Positions 17,202-27,851 of a stretch of 45,385 bases of DNA are shown in pieces (positions within the stretch are counted from its first letter, which is position 1; every line of letters starts with the position of its first letter). The notes under the pieces are model-generated. The model made no database searches, was not told the DNA's origin, and saw only the letters and a program-made list of their open reading frames with translations. A program made the translations under genes and the position numbers. Source of the DNA: a virus. Where the stretch lies: positions 1 through 45,385 of the IMG/VR virus record IMGVR_UViG_3300028886_000153; one strand, written 5' to 3'.

Positions 17202-18665
17202 ATGTTAAGTGCTATTTTGCCGTACCTTCCGTTCATTCTGATTGCCATTGTGGTAATCGCCGTTCTCTGTAGTGGTTATGTTAAGGCTCCGCCTGATATG
17301 GCCTACATCATTTCCGGTCTCCATAAAAAGCCAAGAATTTTGATTGGTAAGGCCGGCATTAAAGTACCTTTCTTCGAGCGAATTGATAAGCTCTCTCTTG
17401 GCGCAATTCAGATTGATGTTAAGACTGGTTCCGCCGTTCCTACCGCAGAGTATATCAACGTGAGAGTTGACTCCACAGTCTCCGTGCGCGTGGGCCGTAC
17501 CGATGAAATGATTGCGCTGGCTGCACAGAACTTCCTCAATGTGGGACGAGATGAAATTGCGCGAAAGATTAACGACCTCCTGGAAGGTAATATCCGTGAA
17601 ATCGTCGGCCAGATGAAGCTGACCGAAATGATTGGCGACCGCAAGAGTTTCTCTGAAAAGGTGCAGGAGAACGCTGTTCCCGACCTTGCCAGATATGGTC
17701 TTGAACTGATTACCTTCAACGTGCAGAACTTCGTTGATGACAACGATGTTATCACCAACCTGGGTATTGACAACGTGGCGCAGATTTCCAAGAACGCTGC
17801 CATCGCCCGTTCCAATGCGGAGCGTGAGGTTGAGGTCGCCAAGGCCGAGAACGCAAAGCAGGCAAATGACGCTAAAGTCAAGGCTGCTGAGGAAATCGCC
17901 AAGAGAAACAACGACCTCGCCATTCGCCAGGCTGAACTCCAGAAGGCTGCGGATACCGAGAAGGCTCGTGCTGAAGCGGCCAAGAGCATTGAGGCCGAGA
18001 ATCAGCGTAAGCTGAAGGACGTTGCCGAGACCGAGGCCAACATCGCCAAGGCTGCCAAGGAAGCTGAACTGCGCCAGAAGGAAGTTGAGCTGAAAGAGTA
18101 TGAGCTGACTGCGCTCGTGCGCAAGCAGGCTGATGCTGACAAGTACGCTCAGGAGAAGGCCGCTGAAGCGAAGATGATTCAACAGCAGAGAGAGGCTGAA
18201 GCTCGCGCTTACGAGCAGGTGAAGAAGTCTGAGGCTGCGAAGCGTGCGACCGAGCTTGAAGCGGAAGCACGTAAGTTGCAGGCAGATGCTGATAAGTATG
18301 CGGCGATGGCTGAGGCGGAAGCTATTCGCGCGAAGGGCGAAGCCGAAGCTGAAGCAATTCGTATGAAGGGTGAAGCTGAAGCTATCGGTATTGAAAAGAA
18401 GGCCGAAGCTCAGAAGAAGATGTCTGATGCATCTGTGATTGAAATGGTAATGAATGCATTGCCAAAAATTGCAGAAAATGTTGCGGCTCCTCTTGCAAAT
18501 GTAGATAAAATCACAATGTATGGAGAGGGCGGTTCTACTAAACTTGTTGGCGATATTATTACCAACACGAGCCAGATTTTTGAAGGAGTTAAAGAATCTA
18601 CTGGATTAGATTTGAATACTCTTCTTGCTGGATATCTTGGTGGCAAAGCCGTAGATAAAACTTAA
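17202..18665 (+). CDS. flotillin-like SPFH/band-7 protein with N-terminal TM and EA-rich coiled coil
   Basis: N-terminal hydrophobic anchor, SPFH core, long AEAxAxAEA repeats, as in bacterial FloT/YqiK; AAAGGAGAAAAG RBS. Confidence 0.75.
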   Translation: MLSAILPYLPFILIAIVVIAVLCSGYVKAPPDMAYIISGLHKKPRILIGKAGIKVPFFERIDKLSLGAIQIDVKTGSAVPTAEYINVRVDSTVSVRVGRTDEMIALAAQNFLNVGRDEIARKINDLLEGNIREIVGQMKLTEMIGDRKSFSEKVQENAVPDLARYGLELITFNVQNFVDDNDVITNLGIDNVAQISKNAAIARSNAEREVEVAKAENAKQANDAKVKAAEEIAKRNNDLAIRQAELQKAADTEKARAEAAKSIEAENQRKLKDVAETEANIAKAAKEAELRQKEVELKEYELTALVRKQADADKYAQEKAAEAKMIQQQREAEARAYEQVKKSEAAKRATELEAEARKLQADADKYAAMAEAEAIRAKGEAEAEAIRMKGEAEAIGIEKKAEAQKKMSDASVIEMVMNALPKIAENVAAPLANVDKITMYGEGGSTKLVGDIITNTSQIFEGVKESTGLDLNTLLAGYLGGKAVDKT

Positions 18666-18674
18666 AATTTTTAT

Positions 18675-18709
18675 GGGCGAAGCGTTATAAAATGCTTCGC
18701 CCATTTTTC
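18675..18709 (+). terminator. rho-independent terminator GGGCGAAGC-loop-GCTTCGCCC + TTTTT
   Basis: 9-bp perfect stem and T-run. Confidence 0.65.
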
Positions 18710-18713
18710 ATAT

Positions 18714-18950
18714 TATAGGTGATTAGCATTATAAATTTAATAGATATTTTTCTATAGATAATTACAATAGAGATTGTTTAAAAAATAAATATTGTTTGGA
18801 ATATAATATAAAATTATATAGAATTCCATACTCACAAAAGAAAAATATGAGAGAATGGAAAAGCATAGAAGAATTATTACAAGAACAGTTCATTGTAAAA
18901 GAAATAGATCATTATCACTTGGGTATAGACGCCTAAAAGGCGTCTATACC
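18714..18950 (+). pseudogene. 3' remnant of a CxCxCGN/Vsr-like family gene (only ..GDQHYKFNRYF..CLEYNIKLYRIPYSQ.. C-terminal domain remains)
   Basis: in-frame translation GDQ(TAG)HYKF...NIKLYRIPYSQKKNMREWKSIEELLQEQFIVKEIDHYHLGIDA* matches C-terminal domain of the four intact paralogues; no N-terminal repeats, no start, abuts the flotillin terminator. Confidence 0.55.
18921..18949. other. perfect 12-bp hairpin GGTATAGACGCC-taaaa-GGCGTCTATACC at end of gene remnant
   Basis: seen in sequence; T-tract interrupted so terminator status uncertain. Confidence 0.4.
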
Positions 18951-19027
18951 CTTCTTTGTATCCGAAAACGGCCGAAGTTCGCCGCGCCCAGGCCCTAGCA
19001 AATTTTTTTAGCAAATAGACGGATTGG

Positions 19028-19056
19028 TTGCGTTTCCTAAAAATTTTTGCTATAAT
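19028..19056 (+). promoter_or_regulatory. sigma-A-like promoter TTGCGT-17-TATAAT
   Basis: spacing exact; precedes gene at 19094. Confidence 0.5.
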
Positions 19057-19093
19057 TATTATATGAAAAATATGTAGAAAGGAATTTTATTAT

Positions 19094-19504
19094 ATGGCAA
19101 CTACAACGAATTTTTCAATTCCTAAAGTTGATTAGGGAACAGTAATAACTGCATCAGCAATGAATGCAATTTTAGATAAAATAGATTTGGAGATGAGTCA
19201 ATTAATGATATATGAAAAATTAGTAAAAACGATAAGCGTCGTGAAGGATGTTCCTTCTAGTATGATTCCACTTACTCTACCGACAACTTGGCATTTTTGT
19301 AGAATTATTTATGGAACATCTATGCCAAATAATGAAGTTAAACTTACACCAAGTGATTGGTAGGCAGGTTTTTCATTCCGTCAAATAGAAGGTAGTTCAT
19401 ACTCTTATGTTAATCTTACATACCATAATGGAACTTATTATGTAACAAATGGTTTTGCTGTATCGCTAATTTTTGAATTTTATCAATTAGTATATAAACT
19501 CTAA
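19094..19504 (+). CDS. hypothetical protein (136 aa, 2 TAG)
   Basis: GAAAGGAA RBS; frame open to TAA 19502-19504 only with TAG sense. Confidence 0.5.
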
Positions 19505-19520
19505 GGGGGGGCTGAAATAA

Positions 19521-19955
19521 TTGACAGAACCTAAGTTCTTTTTTAATCCAGAAAAAGGTTCTTCATTATGTGTTCTAACTACAAAAAATAAGACATATGT
19601 TGGAACAGCATAGTGTCGTGATGAAGACCGCGATATGATGAGTGAAAAAACAGGATGTGAAATTGCTTATCATAGAGCCGTTATTCATGCATTAGAAGAT
19701 CATTTAGTTGAATTAAAATCAGAGCTTTCTGGCTTAAATAAATATTTTTATACTATAAATCAAAGTAAATACTATGAGCCAGAATCATATATGGCACAAA
19801 TGTTGTTTCGTCAAATCCAACAAAGAAATGACGATATCCGCATTACAAAAAATATGATTTCTAAAGAAAAAACAAATTTAAAACAATATATGGAAAATAA
19901 AGCAGAGTTTTACAAAAAAATAAGACATAATAGAAAGGCCGATTCTAACCAATAA
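19521..19955 (+). CDS. hypothetical protein (TTG start, 1 TAG)
   Basis: GGGGGGG RBS 19505-19511 then TTG 19521; ORF-track 19635-19955 is its TAG-free 3' part. Confidence 0.45.
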
Positions 19956-19995
19956 ATCCATTCGTTTTTTCATATATTTTGAACTAAAGAATGGA

Positions 19996-20271
19996 AAGGG
20001 TGATTCTTATTACTATTCTATTAGTATTTCTCGCTGGGTACGCTTTTTGCGCCTGGGGAGTGCCATTACTTGATAATGTATCTAATACCTTAACAATTTG
20101 GTTTTAGAAATTACAAGGTAAAATGGCAGTAAAGATCACCGAAGATTCGGTGAAAGCAAGTAAACTAAAAAAATCTCTTGAAGAAGAAACTGGCGAAAAG
20201 TCTCGCGCAATCGGATTCTTTATTCAAGATGATGAAGTAGAGGAAGAAGAATATGATGATGACTAAGATTT
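19996..20271 (+). CDS. small membrane protein with acidic C-terminus (1 TAG)
   Basis: TM LITILLVFLAGYAFCAWGV; overlaps PhoH start. Confidence 0.35.
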
Positions 20272-21506
20272 ATGATACTAGCAGTTTATTATTAGTTGGC
20301 GACAATCTATTCGAAAATGATGTAAATGTTGTAATTACATCGATTACTCTTAAAGAGTTAGAACGAATTAAAACTTCTGCGAATAAAGATGCCAATATTA
20401 AGTATGCGGCTCGTCAGTTGCTTCACTTACTGGACGAAAATCCCGACGCTTATGAGTGTTATATATATCGTCCACAAATGAATCAATGGCTGGAGAAGTA
20501 TGATTTAGAAATAAACGATGATGCTAAAATCTTAGCCGCAGCTTATGACTATGCTAATACACATCAAGGTGAAAATTCAATCTTTTATACGAATGATTTA
20601 GCTTTAAAAAAGATTGCTAAAATCTTCTTTGGTTATCAAGTTGATAGTGTGAAGACAGAAACTGATGACTATGTTGGATATAAAGAGCTATATCTTGATG
20701 AAAATGAAATGGCATACTTCTATTCCAATCCACAAGACTATGGTGGAGAATTAAATATTAACGAATATGTTAATATATATGATAAAAAATCCAGAGAAAG
20801 AGTTGATACTCTACTTTGGACTGGCGAAGTATTTCGTCAGCTAAAATATAAAAGTTTTATCTCTAAACAATTAGGAGAAGTAAAGCCATACAAAGGCGAT
20901 ATTTACCAGGCTATGGTTGCGGATAGTCTTATGAATAATAAGATTACGATGATTAAAGGACCTGCGGGCGCAGGTAAATCGCATCTTGCAATCGGGTATT
21001 TATTCTCTCTATTGGATAGAGGAAAAATTGATAAAATTATAGTATTTTGTAATACTGTCGCAACTAAAAACGCTGCTAAACTGGGATTTTATCCTGGCTC
21101 AAGAGACGAAAAACTTATGGATTCACAAATTGGAAACTTTTTAGCAAGTAAACTCGGCGGAAAACTTGCCGTTGAGTAGTTGATTGATAGTGAAAAACTG
21201 CTTTTACTTCCAATGAGTGATGTTAGAGGCTATGATACTTCTGGAATGAATGCTGGTATTTATATTACAGAAGCGCAAAATCTCGACGTTGAATTGTTAA
21301 AACTCGCTCTGCAAAGAGTTGGTGAAGATTCAATTATCATCCTTGATGGTGATACCAAGAGCCAAGTTGACCTAGTTGACTATGAGGGCTTTAATAATGG
21401 TATGCGTCGAGCCTCTTAGGTATTTAGAGGGTATGATATATATGGCGAGGTTGAACTTAAAACAATTCACAGAAGTAAAATTGCAGAAATAGCGAATAAA
21501 ATGTAA
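20253..21506 (+). CDS. PIN-domain + PhoH-like ATPase (YlaK/PhoH family), 417 aa, 2 TAG
   Basis: Walker A MIKGPAGAGKSHLA; N-terminal PIN-like VVITSITLKELE; ORF-track ORFs 20253-21179 and 21180-21419 are the same frame separated only by TAG; PhoH C-terminal motifs only completed after read-through. Confidence 0.75.
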
Positions 21507-21536
21507 GGTATCAATTAGATACCTTACATTTTTTAT
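21504..21536 (+). terminator. rho-independent terminator GTAAGGTATC-aattag-GATACCTTAC + T-run, stop codon in stem
   Basis: 10-bp perfect stem. Confidence 0.6.
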
Positions 21537-21551
21537 TAGGAGGGATTACAT

Positions 21552-23201
21552 ATGGCTAAAGTATTAATGATAGGCCACGCCAATGGAGATGAAAAAGGCG
21601 GTGCTTCTGGTGGTGCGGCTGGCGATTAGACCGGAAGAGAAGTATGTATATAGAAATGGTATTCAAGTGGAAGTGGATGGAATTTTGTATTACGTCCAAA
21701 ATCACCAATAATAGCAGAAAAAATGGCCGCTGCTTGCGAATGGATATGTGCTAGTAATTTAGTGGGATACGATCAAAGTCAAAGAAATACTCTTTATAAT
21801 GAATTAGAAAAGTTAAATTGGGATTATAAAAAACTGACTACTAAATGCGAAACAGACTGTTCCGCTTTTATGGGGACTTGCGCAAAAATTGCTGGTTCTA
21901 ATGTATAGAGAGTCTATGGTAATTGTTGTTACACCGGAAATCAAGTGGATTTATTTATGAAGACTGGAGATTTTATTAAACTCACAGATCCTAAATATTT
22001 AAATCAATCTACTTATTTACAACGAGGTGATGTATTGGTCCGTCATAATCCTATAACAAATGGTGGACATACTGCTATGGTTTTAGGCTGGAAAGAAGAC
22101 GGAGTAATAACTCCAATATCAACAATTAATAATGGATCATTAACAAAAACATAGATCAAAGCAATGCAAGCATATTACAATACAACTGCGGATGGTCAAT
22201 GGGGACCAAATTCTACTAAAGCTGCCGGTGGTCTTGGAGCAGATGAAGCTTGGAAAAAATATAGTGCAGCTGTGCCAGGAGATATAGACTTTGGAACTGG
22301 ATACATTTGCCGCAAAATTCCATTATCTAAAATAGAAAAAATTCAATACTATACAAATACTTCTAAAACAAAAACTTTAGATATTATAATGCAAGAAACA
22401 GGTGCAGACTATGGTATTAATGGTGTTCTATACGATATGCGTACCTGGAAACCTTGTGAAAATATAAAAGCAAACGGAGTAATTATTGCTTCGCAGCCAG
22501 CTTGGTCTAATGAAGGTTTTTATTGGACAACCGGTGCTGATATAAAGTGGGGTTATGTCCCTCTTGAAGCAGGAAAAGCTGAAAATTATATTCCAGGAAA
22601 TGGCTTAATAACCAACTTAAATTATAAATTAGCAGTAAATTGGAATGCTGAATTATCCGGGAATCGCGGTCGTACATTAGTCGGTCTTGATAATGCTAAC
22701 AATGTAGTAATTTATCAATCTTTAGATGGAACAGCCGCCGCATTAACGCCAATAAAAGCCAGAGATAAAATGGTTCAATTAAATTGTGTAAAGGGTGCTT
22801 TAAATCTTGATGGTGGTTCTTCTGTTGGCTGGTATGACAAAGCCCACCATTTATATAATAAACCAGGTAAGGGAACTGTTTAGAACTATATTTTATTTTA
22901 TTTTAAAGGAAATAATAGTATAGATACTTCACCTTCAACTAAACCTTCACAAAATTCAAATCCATATCCTGTTCCTGCTAGAACATTAAACAAAGGCTCT
23001 AAGGGAGAAGATGTAAAATATGTTCAATATATTTTATATAAGATGGGATACGGAAAAGGCACATTGTCAAGTTTTGTAGATGGTGATTTTGGATCAAATA
23101 CTGAAACTTCTGTTAAAATGTTTCAAAAATCAGCAGGATTAAAGCAAGACGGAATTGTTGGAGTAAGAACCCTATCATAGTTGCAGAAATGGAAGGGATA
23201 A
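21552..23201 (+). CDS. multidomain endolysin: N-terminal NlpC/P60- or CHAP-like cysteine peptidase, central phosphodiester-glycosidase-like domain (LDGGSS), two PG_binding_1-like repeats; 549 aa, 6 TAG
   Basis: Cys motif TDCSAF + GDVLV..GGHTAMVLG; C-terminal YVQYILYKMGY..VDGDFGSNTETSVKMFQKSAGLKQDGIVG peptidoglycan-binding signature; TTAGGAGGGATTACATATG RBS; ORF-track pieces 21723/21945/22164 are one frame joined by TAG. Confidence 0.7.
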
Positions 23202-23205
23202 AATT

Positions 23206-23553
23206 ATGAAATTATTTAGCAGAAAAGATAGAAAAAAGAAAGAATTTTCAAAAGCTCTTTTAATCCAAGAATCAATTTTGATTTGGATTATTACTTTATC
23301 TTTTGTGGTTTTGGCATTCTTGTGTGTATTTAAACTATTTGATGCATCATTTATGTGGCTATCTGTTCTTCCAACAGTGGCATGGGGAGCGTATGGTGTA
23401 AGTTAGGCTTGTTATTATAAAAAAGCAAGAGCAGAGAATACAAAAGATGGGATAAAATACGATACAGTGATGACTGATTTATTAAATTCATTACCTAATG
23501 ATGAAGAATGTCCAAAAGAAGTAGAGGATGGCAACGCAGATTATAATGTTTGA
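23206..23553 (+). CDS. putative holin (2 TM + charged C-terminal tail; 1 TAG)
   Basis: immediately downstream of endolysin; TM1 ALLIQESILIWIITLSFVVLAFLCVF, TM2 MWLSVLPTVAWGAYGV. Confidence 0.55.
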
Positions 23554-23567
23554 TAAGGAGGGATATT

Positions 23568-23939
23568 ATGTCAGAAGAACGTGATATGACCCCTGTAGAA
23601 TTACCATATACTTTTACACCTTCTAGTGAATTTCCATATGAACATTATAACACTGAAAAAATTAATCCATTACCATATGATTAGTTTTTAGTATATAATA
23701 CTGTTGGAAGCGTTTGGAGAGAAGATTTTTTACTTACTGAATCTTCTACTGAAGAACCAGAAGAATATGAATTACAACATAATAAAGAAATAACAAAACA
23801 TGAAATGAATTATATAATACCTGGAGAATTAAATACAAAAAATCCTATACCATTATACCAAGCTGGTCCAAGTGTAGAAGAATTAATTTCTCGAATTAAT
23901 CCTCAACCATCTTCAAGCGAAGAAAAGGAAACCGAATAA
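23568..23939 (+). CDS. hypothetical acidic protein (1 TAG)
   Basis: TAAGGAGGGATATTATG RBS. Confidence 0.45.
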
Positions 23940-23943
23940 TTAC

Positions 23944-23990
23944 AAGGCTTTAGAATAATTCATTATTTGTTTTATTCTAAAGCCTTTTTT
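23944..23990 (+). terminator. hairpin GGCTTTAGAATA...TATTCTAAAGCC + T7 run
   Basis: 12-bp stem, long loop. Confidence 0.5.
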
Positions 23991-24000
23991 TATTTATGAG

Positions 24001-24029
24001 TTGATTTTCATAGAAAATTATTATATAAT
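24001..24029 (+). promoter_or_regulatory. consensus promoter cassette P7
   Basis: TTGATT 24001-24006, 17-nt spacer, TATAAT 24024-24029. Confidence 0.6.
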
Positions 24030-24053
24030 AAAATAAAAAAGGAATGATTTTCT

Positions 24054-24752
24054 ATGAAATGGGTAGAAACTATATCTCCAGAAGCGGTCTTTAAAGCATA
24101 GTGTCTTGCGGCCTCCGCTAAACTGGAGCGCGAAAACGGAAAAACAATATGCCCACCGCAGGATTAGATTTTTAGAGCGTTAGAATTAACTCCACCGGAT
24201 AAGGTGAAAGTAGTTATTATTGGACAAGATCCATATCATACTCCAGGTCAAGCGAATGGATTAGCCTTCTCTATTGCGAATGGTAATCCTATTCAGCCGA
24301 GTTTGCGAAATATTTTTAAAGAATTGGTAAGTGATATTGGATGCGATATGCCAACTACGACTGATTTAACTCCCTGGGCCGAACAAGGTGTGCTACTTCT
24401 AAATGCTTCTTTAACAGTTGAAGCGCATAAGGCCAATAGTCATTCTGGCTGGGGATGGGACACTTTCACTGGTGAAGTTTTTGATGCTTGCGCAAAGATG
24501 GAACAACCTATTGTTTTCCTCGCGTGGGGTAATTTCGCGCATGAAATAGTCTACAAAAGTTTTCCAAAAGCAACAACAAATTGGAAGAATATAATAAATG
24601 AACGACATAAAGCGTGCCTCTTTTCTAGTCATCCTAGTCCATTAAGTGCGACTAGGGGTAATAGTCCTTTTATCGGAAGTCATTGTTTCTCGCAGGCTAA
24701 CAAATGGTTGACCCAGATGGGGGCCTCCGAGATAGATTGGGTTTTGAAGTGA
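24054..24752 (+). CDS. ung: uracil-DNA glycosylase, family 1 (UNG), 232 aa, 2 TAG
   Basis: canonical motifs GQDPYH, GLAFS, GVLLLNASLTV, HPSPLSA; ORF-track 24204-24752 is the TAG-free 3' part. Confidence 0.85.
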
Positions 24753-25008
24753 GAATCTTCCAATCTGATTCTATTATAACAAAAGTTTTTTAATGTGTCA
24801 ATCCTAATGGAGGTATTATGCGGATAGATAGCGCCAAGTATACAAGAGGAAAAGATATAGTTATTTTATAGTTTCCTTTTGATAAATATGATTTAGATGA
24901 AATGCGACAAATTTTTGATAGCACACAAAAAGCATTTCCAGATAATATACTACTGGCATTGCCAGAAGATATAACAATATCACTTTTAAGAGAGGAGAAT
25001 CCATTTCT

Positions 25009-25452
25009 ATGACAATTTATACAGATGGAGCTTGCTCTGGTAATCCAGGACGCGGCGGTTTTGGCGTTGTTGTCGTTGATGAATACGGTACAGAACTTGA
25101 ACGTCATAGCGAATTTTCTGAGAAAACAACAAATAATAGAGAAGAATTAAAAGCTATTTTATGGGCCTTTATGAAATACGGCGTAACAAGCGATGAATGG
25201 GAACAAGCCCCTATCGTCTATAGTGATAGCGCATATGCAGTTAATACTCTAACAAACTGGATGTTTAATTGGTATCATCATAATTGGGTTAAAGCAAATA
25301 AACAAACTCCGGAAAATTTAGATTTAATTAAACCATATTTTGAAAGATGGATGCAAGGCTATCGTATAGACTTACGAAAAATCAAAGGCCATAATGGAAA
25401 CGAATGGAATGAACTAGCAGACCAGCTAGCTACTGGAAAAGAAAAACCTTGA
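25009..25452 (+). CDS. rnhA: ribonuclease HI
   Basis: TDGACSGNPGRGGFG, TNNREEL, YSDSAY, GHNGNEWNELADQLA; GAGAGGAG RBS; upstream in-frame ORF from 24817 (through one TAG) could be an N-terminal extension. Confidence 0.8.
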   Translation: MTIYTDGACSGNPGRGGFGVVVVDEYGTELERHSEFSEKTTNNREELKAILWAFMKYGVTSDEWEQAPIVYSDSAYAVNTLTNWMFNWYHHNWVKANKQTPENLDLIKPYFERWMQGYRIDLRKIKGHNGNEWNELADQLATGKEKP

Positions 25453-25477
25453 TTTTCATAAAAAAATATAGTATAAT
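25449..25477 (+). promoter_or_regulatory. consensus promoter cassette P8 (its -35 overlaps the rnhA stop)
   Basis: TTGATT 25449-25454, 17-nt spacer, TATAAT 25472-25477. Confidence 0.6.
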
Positions 25478-25565
25478 ATATATAGAATAAATGAGAAAGG
25501 TCAGGACAGGACTGGATAATTCAATTGAAATAATCTTCATTATTTAATGAAAGGTAGTGAGGATA

Positions 25566-26342
25566 ATGAATTTTATTTACTGTTTTACAAATTTAATAAA
25601 TTAGAAAAAATATATTGGTTCAAGTTGTTCTGAAAATCCTTCTCGGAGATATTCTTAGCATATGTATTTTGTAAATCATCCAGAATAGCCAAAAGGTCAG
25701 TATCCACTATATTGTGCTATCCGCAAGTATGGAATAGAAAATTTTTCATATACTATTTTAGAATATTTACCGGATGATATTTCAGAGGATAAATTGCGTG
25801 AAATTGAACACGATTATTTGATAAAAAATAATGTATTAGTGCCAAATGGGTATAATCAAACATTAGATACTAAACATCCTAGAAATGACCCTCTTATTTA
25901 TCAAAAAGTTCGTGAAACTAAACGAAATAATGCAAAAAGAGTGGCAGAAATTGATAATAATCAATAGATAATACAAATTTGGAGAAGTATTGTTGATTGT
26001 GCCGAACAAACAGGATATAATGAAAGGCATATTGCTGATTGTTGTAGAGGAGAACGTAAATCAACAGCAGGAAAGATGTTTTGTTGGATTAATGATGAAG
26101 ATGAATTATTAATTCCTACTTATCATCGTAATCTTTATAAAGGATAGCCCGGAACTACACAAATATAGTCTTCAAGTAGGAAAGTCGCTAAAATAGATGA
26201 AGATAATAATATTTTAATGATTTATGATACTTTGGCATTAGCGGCAAGAGAAAACAATTGTGATAGTAGTGCTATTTCAAAAGTTTGTAAAGGAATACGA
26301 AATAAATGTGGAGGATTTAAATGGTAGTATGTCAATGAATGA
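25566..26342 (+). CDS. free-standing GIY-YIG homing endonuclease (258 aa, 7 TAG)
   Basis: IYCFTNLINQKKYIGSS..R..H GIY-YIG motif; C-terminal NUMOD-like helix (VAKIDEDNNILMIYDTLALAAREN); sits directly upstream of the topoisomerase gene, like T4 seg/mob genes. Confidence 0.7.
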
Positions 26343-27851
26343 AATAAAAGATAAAACATTATATACAGAAGATAGTATTGAAAGTTTGGCTCCGCTGGAA
26401 TTCACACGTCTGCGGCCGCAAGTATATGCTGGAGACTGCACTTACTCAACCTAGCTGTTAGTTGAAATCTTTTCTAATGCTGTTGACGAGTTTAGATTAG
26501 GTCATGGTAATAAAATTGAAGTAACCATTGATAAAGACATAGTATCTGTACGAGATTATGGTCAGGGTTTTATTCCAAATAGCTTCAGGGATGATGGAAA
26601 GACAATCCTTGAGGCTGCTTTTAGTGTCCTGAATACTTCCGGTAAATACCGCGAAGACGGAACATATGAAGGAACTTCTCTTGGTTCATTCGGTATTGGC
26701 TCTAAAATAACTACATTCCTTTCCCATTGGCTGCATGTAAGAACGTGGAGAGATGGAAAAACAGAAAGAGTTGCTTTCAAAGAAGGCGTTTTTGATGTAA
26801 GAGGATCTTTAGAAGAATCTTCTGACCCAAAGGAAACAGGAACTTTTGTAACTTGGCAACCAAGCGAAGAATTTTTTACTCATACAGAAGTAAATATTAA
26901 CGAAGTAAAAAATTTATTTAAAACTATCGCTTGTCTTTGTCCTGGTCTAACCATTGAACTTAATGATAATGGTACAAAAACAACTTATAGTTCTAAAAAT
27001 GGTATCAGCGATTTGGTTGATGAAGCGGTCAAAGGGAAAGAGTTGATTGATCATCGTTTCAATCTTCAATTTGCGAATGGGAAAAATAAGATTGATATGG
27101 TTATGACATATACATCTAATTATTCAATGACTATGGTGCCTTATGTCAACACAGGTCTTACTTCTGTTGGTCCGCATATCACTCAAATTAAAGCACTTCT
27201 TACAAGGGAATTTAACAAGTTCTTCAAAGACAAGAAGTGGATTAAAGATGGTGAAGATAACCTCTCCGGCGAAGATATCCAAGAGGGACTTTACATTGTA
27301 TTTAATATTACTGCTCCAAATGTGGCCTACGATGCGCAGGTAAAAACTCGTGTAACAAAATTGGAAATGAGTCCATATACTGCGGCGATTGCCGAGGAAA
27401 TGCGTATTTGGCTGGCCTCAAATGAAAAAGAAATCAAAGCAATTGCGGATAAGGCTAAAATGGCAAAGAAGGCTCGTGAGGCTGCCGCAAAAGCCAGAGA
27501 TGCAGTTCGTGATAAGCAAGCTAAAAAGGAAAAAGCTCTAAAGTTTGATTCTAAATTAGCAGATTGTTATAGCAAAGATAGAAAGAAATGCGAACTTTAT
27601 ATTACAGAGGGTGATTCTGCTTCTGGAAACCTCAAGCAAGCAAGAGATAATGAGTTCCAGGCAGTACTTCCTGTTCGTGGTAAAATTTTGAATACCCACA
27701 AAGCAGGAGTTGATAAAATCCAGAAAAATGCTGAAATTATGACAATGATGGATGCTTTTGGATTGGAAATCGACCCAAGAACAATGAAAGTTACCTATGA
27801 TAAGAATAAAATTAGATATGGTAAGATTATTATTATGAGCGATGCCGACGT
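26329..27851 (+). CDS. type II DNA topoisomerase large (GyrB/T4 gp39-like ATPase) subunit, exon 1
   Basis: LEFTRLRPQVYAGD..VDE (GyrB N-terminus), GHKL ATPase region, Toprim ELYITEGDSASG, ends ..IIIMSDADV at the DADVDG motif; 1 TAG. Confidence 0.8.
26411..26420. repeat. TGCGGCCGCA palindrome copy 5 (topoisomerase exon 1)
   Basis: exact 10-mer. Confidence 0.9.

Noticed and set aside
17205-18270. 325-aa and 193-aa minus-strand ORFs opposite the flotillin gene
   Set aside because: Antisense to a repetitive GC-rich coiled-coil gene, with no start signals.
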